From: an uncultured Nitrososphaeraceae archaeon
GTDB lineage: Archaea; Thermoproteota; Nitrososphaeria; Nitrososphaerales; Nitrososphaeraceae
Reading direction: 5' to 3'
Length of the DNA: 19,935 nt
NCBI GenBank assembly: GCA_963765895.1
Contig: CAVXZB010000083.1
Span: 1-19,935 of the forward strand
Shown here: piece after piece, positions 9,785-19,593 of the stretch
Numbering within the stretch: the stretch's first letter is position 1
How the letters are laid out: the number at the start of each line of letters is the position of its first letter
Made by a program: the position numbers and the translations under genes
Notes under the pieces: model-generated
What the model was told of the DNA's origin: nothing
The model's database searches: none
The model's input: the letters and a program-made list of their open reading frames with translations, nothing else

Positions 9785-9826
9785 TTCACTTGATAGTAAG
9801 TTTGGAACCTTACAATCAAGCAAACA
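9785..9826 (+). other. Long imperfect intergenic hairpin
   Basis: GTTCACTTGATAGTAAGTTT-GG-AACCTTACAATCAAGCAAAC, with stems CTTGAT/ATCAAG and GTAAG/CTTAC. Confidence 0.6.
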
Positions 9827-9852
9827 TTTTAGTTACTAGGAGTTTAGTTCAG

Positions 9853-10071
9853 ATGACCAATAATAGTAACAACTCTGAACTTAATAACCCTATATGTGAA
9901 GCAGTTGACTGCATTCAAGAAGCAACAGTTGAAGTTAATGTTCGAGTAGATCAGAACAGGACACTCACATTGAATCTCTGCAAAAAATGTGTACCGTGGT
10001 TTCAAGAGAGCAGTGAAATATTAAGCAATGATTCAGTTCGATGTTCTAACACAGTAACATTGCACATCTAA
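9853..10071 (+). CDS. Small putative zinc-binding protein
   Basis: MTNNSNNSELNNPICEAVDC...LNLCKKCVPWF has C-x4-C ... C-x2-C. The ATG at 9853 is preferred over the TTG at 9790, which lies inside the hairpin. Confidence 0.65.
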   Translation: MTNNSNNSELNNPICEAVDCIQEATVEVNVRVDQNRTLTLNLCKKCVPWFQESSEILSNDSVRCSNTVTLHI

Positions 10072-10076
10072 AAGAT

Positions 10077-10847
10077 ATGACCATGGGTATTTTAAATGAC
10101 CCAAGAGCGACTATAACAACAGGACTTACGAGGATATATCAAGAGAATTTCAGGCGCTTTTTGCAAATGCCATGAAAGCATTTCAGTATTCCTGTCATGT
10201 ACAATAGGCTTACACTTGTAGATAAGATATCACATAATCAGGCCGTAAAAAAGATTAAACGATTACCACATTCATCTTCAAGGTTTCAGTCCCAGGAGCA
10301 TAAGGCGATATTTGCCGGCCGACAACCCTGTATTACCTCGCAGAGTTAGGCCAACATGGCCGAAAAAAGTATTACTCAACCCAACAAGGAATTCAAGTTA
10401 AGTAATAGTGAACAAAGTGAGCAATATGCCGAAAAAGATCAATCAATAACTAACTCAATTTTTCTAAACAAAGAAGTCTTGATAGAGAGTGAACAGCAGG
10501 AACTAGATCGTATACAACGAATAGAAGATGAAAAGCAACACCTGGCTGAGCAAGTTACTACGCTGGAGAAGCTTCACAATAGAGACAAAGCCACAATCAA
10601 AGATTTGAACGAGGTAATCTCGAATGGTTCTTTTGTTGTTGCTGAACATATATTATCTAGGACTTGTGGAGAGAATATAATTTTTGAATTCTCTATTGGG
10701 ATTGAAGAGGTCAAAAAATACATTTCATTGTTTACTGCTAAGGAATCAATCGAGAGTCTATGGTTTAGTGGCACTGTAAGTAAAGATACAGGTAAAGTCA
10801 TTGAGATCCGTCTTGGAAGAAGGATATCAGATAACATCGAGACATGA
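10077..10847 (+). pseudogene. Hypothetical element protein (N-terminal helical region, coiled coil, C-terminal beta-rich domain), frameshifted
   Basis: Protein-like segments in shifting frames upstream of ORF 10356-10847: 'SDYNNRTYEDISREFQALFANAMKAF', 'IPVMYNRLTLVDKISHNQAVKKI', 'HLQGFSPRSIRRYLPADNPVLPRRVRPTWPK', then 'SITQPNK...'. The stop overlaps the next ATG (ATGA, 10844-10847). Confidence 0.6.
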
Positions 10848-11938
10848 ATCAAAAACGGTTGCATAGACGGTTCATCAATAAGGATACCTCAGAGAATCAA
10901 ATAGTAAAGCCACATACCGTTGGTATCGTCAATAAGGAAAGAAGGAGCTTGTCAACACCTTTTTTTGCTTCTGATGACAATGACAGGGACCGTAGCATTT
11001 CAATACCAACCCGATGTGATTTGAAAATGAAGATAAAACTAGATTACGCAATGAAAAGGCACATTCACTACCTAGTTAGGATTGAAACGAAGCCTTTTTG
11101 TTTTCGTGATTTTTCACACTTTAATGTAGATGGTCAAGAATATTCTATGGCACATGGAACTTTTAGAAACAAGATATCAAAACTTGTCAGAGCTGGATAT
11201 GCGGAGCAGATGTACGATTCCGGACCTGCATTTATAGTCTAAAAGGAACATACTTTACAAAACCTAGACAAGGAGGGATTACAGATAACCGTACGGTGGT
11301 CTCTTCACTGTCATCGTTGTCATCAATGTCATTTATCGATAGTCTACCAGCTGACAAACATGCCTTACATGATATACGATTTAGATTCAAGGTTGACAAT
11401 ATCTGGTCTATTATAGCCATTAACCATCCTGAATTAAAACCAAACGACGTAAGTAAAGATATAGTTCTTGATCCGATATTAACTCACGACCTTACCATAA
11501 AGACAACTATACATCATACTGATACCGTTAGTGTCATTGTCGCATGTTCTCTAAATCCTATAGAGCGGATACGAAAGGTCTATTACGACTTTCTAATGCA
11601 TTAACTCGGGTCGAGGAACGGTTATTACGATATATATGGAATGCCGGTCACTGTCACTGTCATCATCATCATCCATTCCAATCCCAGAACACAATTCTTG
11701 GACTGTTACAATGTGGCATTTAGTATCTATTCTCTTAATGAATATGCCGGCGAGAGGTTCGAGAGCACATGGAGGATGAAGAAAATGCTTTGTTACGAAT
11801 ATACACAAAGGATTGAAGAATCATAAAGGAATCAGGATTAGAAGAGAGCGTCAGGAATATCCTAACAAAAGATTCGATGAGGCAATGGGTGAGAAACTAA
11901 GGGTTGTGACAGAAAGGCGTAGGCAGGCGGCTACGTAG
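10844..11938 (+). pseudogene. Putative replication initiator (wHTH plus Rep_trans-like rolling-circle endonuclease domain), frameshifted
   Basis: About six single-base lesions (~11232, ~11563, ~11637, ~11719, ~11772, ~11812) join segments ...HGTFRNKISKL...AFYSLKG...ALHDIRFRF...TVSVIVACSLNPI...RLSNALTRVEERL...WTVTMWHFSIYS...EYAGERF...LLRIYTKD...IRRERQEYP... to TAG at 11936-11938. The motif order resembles Rep_trans (RxDxAxD, YxG, RIYxK, RxE). Confidence 0.55.
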
Positions 11939-11977
11939 ATGCCTAAACCAGTCAACCGCGCGTGTATATACGTATAT
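11920..11977. other. Palindrome/hairpin cluster, candidate replication origin
   Basis: TAGGCA (11920-11925) pairs with TGCCTA (11940-11945) around CTACGTAG (11931-11938); also CGCGCG (11957-11962) and ATATACGTATAT (11966-11977). GC-rich and located at the end of the Rep-like gene. Confidence 0.4.
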
Positions 11978-12162
11978 GAGCCTTTTTCTAATTGGCAATC
12001 TCAGTTATAAATCTGGAATATCTATTAAATCATTTAGCATCTTGTGTTCGCCGGCGAAACAGCCGGCGATATTACTATGGAAGGAAGTAAATTTGTCACA
12101 TTCATCACGTGGCCTCTTCAGTAATACATACGTCTGAAAGAGTTCGGGATTATTATGGAAAT

Positions 12163-12251
12163 GTGAACTTCTAGTAAGCCTCGTCAACTTCTATGTTATG
12201 TAGAATGTGATATCTTTCCAAAGTTAGTTGATTGCCCGGCGAGTCCTCATA
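12163..12251 (+). repeat. Long inverted repeat, left copy
   Basis: 12163-12220 (58 bp) is the exact reverse complement of 13396-13453. The match continues inward about 30 bp with small indels (TAGTTGATTGCCCG, CGAGTCCT, CATA). Confidence 0.95.
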
Positions 12252-12689
12252 TTACCTAGTCAGTAAGAATCCATAATATATCAAAATAAAGAATCTCAGT
12301 CCTGATACATACTGGGTTACTAGATGGTAATAGTCATATGAGTCTAATTGGTCGCCGGCGTCTCTGTAATAATCATTATAGATCTTCTATTAGAGACTTT
12401 TCTAGTAGTGTATAATATATCAAACAAATCTAGTATTATTCTATTTCAATTTCATAAAAAATCAACAACCAATACCTACAATGAACTAATTTAACATAGT
12501 AAAGACATAAAGAGCATCAGACCTCTTCACCTTAGTAACGTATATAGTCTAATACAGGCACTAAATTATAGCTACTAGGATAAATGAAAATGATACTAGA
12601 GAGCAAGTTCGAATCAGATAAGGTGGTGACAGTGTTCTGGAAACGTATATAGTGAGATAGAAAATGAGCAGAAAAAGTTAAGAAACTGC

Positions 12690-12923
12690 ATGGAAGTAGC
12701 AAAAGGCACAGTCGGCGGTCACGATTCGAGACAAAGGCTTGTTTCAAAGCGGGATTGTTTTTGCGCTCCAGAGGCGCAGATGATGACAAAGAAAGTAGTC
12801 AGTAAGGGCCAACTGAAGGAGGTAGTCTGCGACACCTATGTTCGAGGATCGAGAGGATTCAAACGGATAAAAGCAATGCTGAAAGAAAAATTACCCTTGG
12901 CCTACAATGCGACCTGGATTTGA
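12690..12923 (+). CDS. Hypothetical protein inside the inverted-repeat-bounded segment
   Basis: 77 aa ORF in a locally GC-richer stretch, downstream of AACGTATATAGT (12642-12653). No recognisable motif. Confidence 0.3.
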   Translation: MEVAKGTVGGHDSRQRLVSKRDCFCAPEAQMMTKKVVSKGQLKEVVCDTYVRGSRGFKRIKAMLKEKLPLAYNATWI

Positions 12924-13368
12924 AAAAATACTTGCTCTAGCCTAGGTCTTGTCGTTGTCTCCATCCTATGTTCTGCAAGTTCCAACAATTTTGTCTATTA
13001 CATTGATTAATGGGATCGCCCTTTCGAAAATGTCTCTGTTTTAGCAGAGCAAAGTGATAAAGGTTACAGCGGTAGGCAAAGTTGTTAGGATATAGCGTGG
13101 ACTCGGCCGAGTTCCATCTTTTACTCCAGTATATAAGACAAGAAAATGTAGACTGCTTTCGGTGACTGCACCTAGTGGTCCCATTATGGCTAGAATGATA
13201 GGTCTAATATACTATACTATTTTATCTAATCAAAAATTGTTTAAACTCACATTCTTTGGAAAATAATGCATTGAAGGCAAATTTATTTCCATCCAAGTTT
13301 TAATAGGATAAATTTGATCAATATTTTTTCACATTTATGGTTTTGTTAAGCTACTTTAGAATCTCTTC

Positions 13369-13453
13369 TATGTAGGACTCGCGGGCAATCAACTATGGAA
13401 AGATATCACATTCTACATAACATAGAAGTTGACGAGGCTTACTAGAAGTTCAC
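13369..13453 (-). repeat. Long inverted repeat, right copy
   Basis: Reverse complement of 12163-12251; perfect over 13396-13453. Confidence 0.95.
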
Positions 13454-13547
13454 TATTCTATAAATAGTAACGATAGTCCAATTTCAATTATTCGATATAG
13501 TAACGTATATAGTTGGCATATGGTCTAAGTTATATCGAATAAGTTAA

Positions 13548-13819
13548 ATGGAAACGTACAAGGTATTAAATAAAAGAGAAAATAAAAAAAATGGATTTGA
13601 TGCACAGACGAACTAAGCTTCGTTCATTACTTGAAGAAATTGATAGAAAGCAACAGCCATCATATCAGAGTACGACATCAGAAGGACGAACAAAGTTACA
13701 TTAAGTTTAATGCCGACAAGGAACGTAAGGTTTTATCATTCACAGGTAAAGTTGACACATTTGAAATACCAGCAAAAGACTTTGAAACAGGGCTAAAGAT
13801 ATCCCAGATCGGTATGTAA
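13548..13819 (+). pseudogene. Small hypothetical protein, probably frameshifted
   Basis: METYKVLNKRENKKNGFD from ATG 13548, then one frameshift into TDELSFVHYLKKLIESNSHHIRV... (ORF 13631-13819). A TATATAG motif lies about 40 nt upstream. Confidence 0.35.
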
Positions 13820-14879
13820 CACGGTATTTATTCGAATGTTATGATATAACTACTAAAGTAAATTCACAATATAACGATAACGGATCGCCGGCGATATGGG
13901 AGCGCGGGCCAAAAGATGTAAGAACAATCTTGTATATACCTCTCGAAAGGTATCAGTGCGTTAGAAATTGTTCGTAATATGATCGCCAGGATCAAAGACA
14001 ACGACATATCTAATCAATCCACCGTTGGACTAATTAGTAATGACTAGTGATGGTCTTGATGAATTATCTCAGAATATATCTCACAGATGAAAAGATAAAA
14101 TGGCCTACACTGTCAAACAGCAGGCCACTTCACTGAATTTACAGATATGATCTCTGCCTGGCACTTTGCCCTCATGGAGCTTACCTATGGATCCTGGGCG
14201 AGTACCAGCAATTATTTCTCTCAAATCTTCCTCATCTGTAATCAAACTCAGAGCACTTCGTGGTGCTTCTAAAATGGTTAGATGTTTTCAACTTCCCTTA
14301 GACTCTTTGTGAGACTTGATTTCTTTCTGCTTCAAATCGATTCTGCGCTGAATCATTGCCTTTATTCATCTCCTGTTAACTCTGACAATTCAGTTATGTT
14401 AGTTACAGGATTATTATAATACACGATATCCATTTAGACAGCGAGTCCTATCCACACGACAGAGTGCTACGGCTAGTAGTTAACTCCATTCTTTTCATAA
14501 ACTCAATCAGTTTTTGTATCCGATTCGATTTCGCATACCGACTGTATTCTAGGTCTCGCAGAAGTATGAATAGAGATAAAAGATCAAACTCGGAATCAAA
14601 TAGACTTTGGATCAAAGAATAAAGTATATATTATTATACTACGAGTTTTATCGAAGGGGCATAAGTAGGAATAAAAATAGTATAATTTAATGAGTAAGCA
14701 TAACTACAACAAATGGCTTTCTTACATAGATATAGACTATCAGGATCGGGATTCTCGTGATTATATTAGTTTATTTCGTGGGAAACTAGATTCAATATTT
14801 AACGACGAGTAGCATATATGCTAGTTAGTAGAAGTAACATATTCTATTATATCTGATGTAGTCCAGTGATCATCTAGTA

Positions 14880-15005
14880 ATGTCTCAAGATGAACCTGTA
14901 GATGGACCAACTGGGGAGTATCGTAAAGAGACGGTTAAGAAACTCGAAAGGGAAAACGAAGTAGATACTACCGATAGGGATACAAGTAATGAATCTGTCG
15001 CATGA
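14880..15005 (+). CDS. Small acidic hydrophilic protein (41 aa)
   Basis: MSQDEPVDGPTGEYRKETVKKLERENEVDTTDRDTSNESVA*, with purine-rich coding-like composition and TATTATA about 30 nt upstream. Confidence 0.45.
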   Translation: MSQDEPVDGPTGEYRKETVKKLERENEVDTTDRDTSNESVA

Positions 15006-15306
15006 CTGACTACTATCGAATAAACTACTTATGCCTGCCTGTTTTGGCCATTGTTATTAATACAATGTATGCACGCCGGCGTTCTTACCCTGGCTTTTGC
15101 CGGCAAAACATGATATCACACATGTCAGTGCGGTACATTACGGTTGCTAGTAACCAATGAGTAATCTAGTTGCAATTTGTAGCTATAATCGTGCTTAATG
15201 CGAGACATTTACTGCATCACTTGTCTGTGAACTCCATTCAGAAATTTCTTATTGAACTCGAAATATCGCTAAAAACCGGTACACATTATGTGCTGATGCA
15301 AATGTA

Positions 15307-15581
15307 ATGGAAAATTTTGTTACATGGGTTAGCATTATAGGCACTATCGCTGGTATCTTAGTGCTATTATCATTCATACCGCAGATAATGAAAACTTACA
15401 AAACAAAAAAGATGTTTGATGTTTCTGCTCATCTGATGATCTTGATTGCAAGTGGGATGTTTCTCTGGGTTATCTATGGATTCACAAATCAGACCCAGTA
15501 ATAATTGGAACCAATGCTGCAGGTTTTGCTCTAAATATTACTTTATTAATTATGAAGCTAAGATATGATAAAATGCAATAA
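15307..15581 (+). pseudogene. SemiSWEET/PQ-loop transporter, frameshifted
   Basis: PQ motif 'SFIPQIMKTYKTK' and 'FLWVIYG'. After a frameshift at ~15484 the third helix KSDPVIIGTNAAGFALNITLLIMKLRY runs to TAA at 15579-15581. Confidence 0.85.
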
Positions 15582-16531
15582 GATGGTTTTATTGCATTCG
15601 TAAAGCCACTAAAAGATTGTCCTACGTGTGGATATAACGTATGGTATTCTATGTAATAACATACTGCCACTAAATGATGTATTACTACACATAAATCATA
15701 CAGATCTGGACTATACATAACAATCGAATCCAAGATTAGTTTCTCATTTATTTAAAGAGAGTGATTAAAAATTCAGAAAAACATTCCGAATTGTCCACTA
15801 TAATGTACACTACTACTATCTTGTAAAGCCGACCGGCAGAACTCATGACGATATCCTTTTTGTATACAAATGGCAAAACAGGCTTACTTGAATATAATAT
15901 GATTAGCAAGATTTACTTTACATAATTGCATAAAGCCTCATAAGAGTCGATATATTTTCTGTCCCTAGTGTCCCCTAGCTAGTAGTCATATCTATCCCTG
16001 AAATGACTAACTAACATTGTATTAAATTATAGAGATATAATAAAAAGGTAAAGTATAGGTAGAGTAGATAGTGATATCGAACTAGGGACTATATAAGAAA
16101 TTTCTGGAGAAGTGGATCCTGACTAACAATTATGCTGGGATTATTCGAAGTCATGCGACTGAAGGTTTAATTTGAACGAAGTAAATCATTGACATCAGTC
16201 TTGGTATGTTCATTGCGACAGTAACACATTCAGATAAAGTGGATCTTTGGTTTTCGTTATTTAATCTGACGGTGAATTTTTCATTGTCTATGCCATCATT
16301 GCTGTTTCTGTTTCAGCCGTATATTATGTGATATAGTATGCAACTAACGGCCGTATTCTCCATCCATCTGACATTTCTAACAATAATGGCCTGGGTTATA
16401 ATGATGTTCTGGAGGTTTGGACATAGCGGAGGTTAGTTTATCTACTTGAGAAAGGATAGTGCTAATAACATCAAATTTGCACGACTATTCCTTGACCGTT
16501 TCAAATAAATTTAGTGTATTACATAGAAAAA

Positions 16532-16867
16532 TTATATTAGGGATTTTTCATTACTAGGTTCTCTTAGTGAATGCAGCATGTACAACATCTTCTGTAAATA
16601 TCTGTCGTTATTAGACATTGAAACTTTTAATTTACCTTGGTAGTATTCAATAAGATGATCAAGAAAGCAGTTCGTTTTTTCTCTATCCTCTGATATGTTA
16701 GAGAGTATCATAGCAAACCAGTACTCTATTAAGGCATCTTTTCCATACTGACTTTCTAATTCAACAAGGAAAACAAAATTAGAAAGACATCGTCTACATA
16801 GGCCATAATGTGTATTTAAGTATGAACTTTCTTCATTTCTAACAATGTGCCCACATTTTGCCTTCAT
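16532..16867 (-). CDS. Hypothetical protein with N-terminal putative Zn-binding motif
   Basis: Intact ORF with CGH...HYGLCRRC followed by a helical region. The ATG at 16867 (MKAKCGH) is preferred over the TTG at 16897. Confidence 0.6.
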   Translation of the reverse strand: MKAKCGHIVRNEESSYLNTHYGLCRRCLSNFVFLVELESQYGKDALIEYWFAMILSNISEDREKTNCFLDHLIEYYQGKLKVSMSNNDRYLQKMLYMLHSLREPSNEKSLI

Positions 16868-17158
16868 TTTGATATTATCCTTATTATAAGATATCAATCA
16901 GGTCTTAAAAAGTATAAGAGTTAATATTTACTTATATTGTTTAACATTAAATATAAGTTTTATAATTAGAAATAGTTTATTTCAAACCACTATTCAAAGA
17001 TGAATATTAAATAATAAATTTATACTATTTTCTTGACAAACATAATTTATACTAAATCATGAATTGAAGAGACTTGACTGTAAATTTTATGTTATCAAAA
17101 TCAAATAAGGAAAAATACTGCCTATAGGAAGAGTGACACTTTAAACTGTATATTGCAA

Positions 17159-18681
17159 CTATGAATGATTCTTTATCCAATCTCCTACCTTTGGCCATAG
17201 TTCTTTATGAGCCTTTTTTCCTATCATTAGGCCAACGTGTCCAGAATTAAACTCGAATAGATCTTTATCATGACTTTCTGTTAATGCATCGTTAAGAGCC
17301 TTACTAGAATTAGGTTCCACCAAATCATCATGTTTAGCTATAATGTTAAGAAATGGCATACTAATTTTCTTTAGATTGACAACTTAATCTTTAGTCAGCA
17401 GTATTTGTGTTAGTATTATTATCTCGATTTACTCCTATTTCTCCTTCTTCTATACTCATTTTACTTTTGATAAGTAAATTTTGCTTATAACAATACTCTA
17501 CAAATTCTCTATAGATTTCACCAATTACAGGTGGACTATCATATAACCAAGTTTCTGTTGCAAAGAATTCTATTAATGATTCTATGTCATGGGGTTGTTC
17601 AAAGAAGTGGAAATACTTGTGGCTATACTCTATAGGTCTTCTAAGGTTAAAAGCAGAATTTAGTAGTATGCCAGGTACATTTCCAAACGCGTCTAAAATA
17701 TAATCTTCATTTATTGACTTTGTCCATACAGAAAGTAACGAATTATCAAGATTAAAATCTCCTGGAGTAGCAATAGTTATTAGATTTTTCACCTTTTCAG
17801 GATGTAAAGCAGAGTACATGAGCGCAGAATCACCTCCCCAACAATAACCAAGCAATGATATTTTGTCAGATTTTGTAACCTTCTGATAAGGTCTACAGAT
17901 CTGTCTATGTATTTATTTACAAAATGGCCCATGGTTAAAGTTCTATCATATGCTGATGGGGTTCCCCAATCTGTAGCAAACATATCCAGCCCCTGGTAAA
18001 GTAAGCTGGTCCTACACTCACTTCGGGCAGGAAATTAGGATATAATGTCTGTTTATGAATGCATAGATTACAAGCACAGGTGGAGGCTTATTTTTCTTCT
18101 TCTCCTCTTCCTCATAATGCTGTCTTTGTACTGTGCTATTTTTCATTTCGTGCTTGGTGAGGCCTGATTTGTAATCATAATGAAATAGTGAATATTTTTC
18201 TAACTCGCAAATTTTCTGCGAAGGTGTACCATATAACATGTCTCTGACTGGTTCAACAAAATCATTATTCCATACGGAAGAATTGTTTGATATATATTGA
18301 TACATCTTCCCCAGGCCAGTTATTTTGACTAACTTTGAATTGTCATCAATGGTATCTGAAAGGATCTTGATGAATTCTTCCTAAACCTTGCATCAAATAT
18401 CCATCAAATATCTTACCAAATTTACTTCTTAATGTACTATCCAGTTCTGGCAGGTTCTTCCAAGTCCTATTATATTCAGAAAATGTATCAAGGTATGTCA
18501 AATAAGCTTCTCCAAAAAAGTTGAATAGTTTTGTATTAAACTGCAACGAGCTTAAATAAGCTCTGGTAAGAGCATCAAAGCCATTTGTAATGGAATTATA
18601 GTAATAAAATGGGAAAAGGCCGATAACATTGTTGCTATACTTGTTTGTTTCCGAATTCATACTAGGCAATCTGTACTCCAC
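17159..18681 (-). pseudogene. phaC: Class III polyhydroxyalkanoate synthase PhaC with a PhaE-like N-terminal extension, disrupted
   Basis: PhaC motifs 'PVLVIYAFINRHYIL', 'DWG', the box GYCWGG (catalytic Cys), 'HDDLV' (Asp) and 'GHVG' (His) are spread over ORF fragments. Lesions at ~18380-18412, ~18035, ~18010, ~17880 and ~17390. Confidence 0.85.
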
Positions 18682-19593
18682 AAAAGCCTCTTCTATAACC
18701 TATTTTAAAGTTCATATCCAATATTAACAAATAAAAAGGAAAGCAATAGTTTAAACTATCCAAGAAAATAAATTGTTATAAATTCATGATGCCATATTCA
18801 AATGTAACAAATGTAACATGCCATGCAAGGCCGGCATCCTTACCCGTGATCTAAATATCATACATCAACCACGGTGTGTGTCCCTGCATCCTTGAGCAAA
18901 AAAGGACCTGCACTAGGTGCATAAACAGGTGAACATAATATATCACAAAGTAGTAAAGTCAGCTGGCTTTAAGCGTTTTAGACGGCAGCTAAGACTTGGT
19001 TTAATATAGTATATGAGGCAAAATCCTGAGTGAGTTAGTGATTAAAAGTCCTTACCAAGATGAATAACTCAATCCAGAGCAGACCAATGTGATAGTACAA
19101 ATGTGATGACACGTACTAAAACATATAGTTTTGGATAAAGATTGTGAAGCTTTTATACTTGATAGTTGGCAGGTCGTGTATGTGTAGTTGATAGGCGGCT
19201 AAGTTATCGGTCTAATATCTCTCTTGCTAGGACTCGGAAATACAAACTAATCTTACCAGCGATTGTCATTGGAGCCGTTACTGTTTCATAATATCCAAGG
19301 CCATAGCTTCCTGCTGCCAACGCCACATAACGTCAAAACACGGATTAAATCATACGAAATCAAATATTGATAGTAATAGTCATCTCTATAATGCATTTAG
19401 AATTTAATATTGAGTGCTTTATGGACCTCTGTTACTAAGATCTGATTTTTGTCGTGCATTTTGACAGCAAAGTCTTATTATCATGAAGACCGTAGCAGTG
19501 AGTGAGTAACTGACCAAATAAGACCAAACCTCTAAAGTGCAGTTAACTCAATACTTCTTGTGATAATGTAGAAATAAAAAAATAAGGCTTATG

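Larger units (their letters stand above)
6798..11980. mobile_element. Decayed plasmid-like integrated element (integrase, wHTH, RHH, Rep-like gene, putative origin); boundaries approximate
   Basis: Co-location of a tyrosine integrase, a CopG-like RHH leading an operon that ends in a Rep-like gene, and a palindrome cluster. No att direct repeats were confidently identified. Confidence 0.65.

Noticed and set aside
10574-11808. Minus-strand ORFs 10574-10864, 11232-11420 and 11593-11808
   Set aside because: Antisense to the plus-strand operon genes.
12005-12789. Minus-strand ORFs 12005-12187 and 12532-12789
   Set aside because: No motifs; they run through palindromes and repeats and look non-coding.
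12163-13453. IS, MITE or casposon interpretation of the inverted repeats
   Set aside because: No target-site duplication was seen, no transposase, Cas1 or PolB remnant was recognised inside, and similarity fades outward rather than ending sharply. A non-autonomous element is not fully excluded.
14105-14356. Possible degraded minus-strand gene (MIQRRIDLKQKEIK...)
   Set aside because: Several stops and shifts and no recognisable family; too weak to call.
15482-15733. Minus-strand ORF (83 aa)
   Set aside because: Overlaps the frameshifted SemiSWEET 3' part on the opposite strand.
15961-16089. 9 bp inverted repeat GTCCCTAGT/ACTAGGGAC as a MITE
   Set aside because: Short, single occurrence and no clear target-site duplication.
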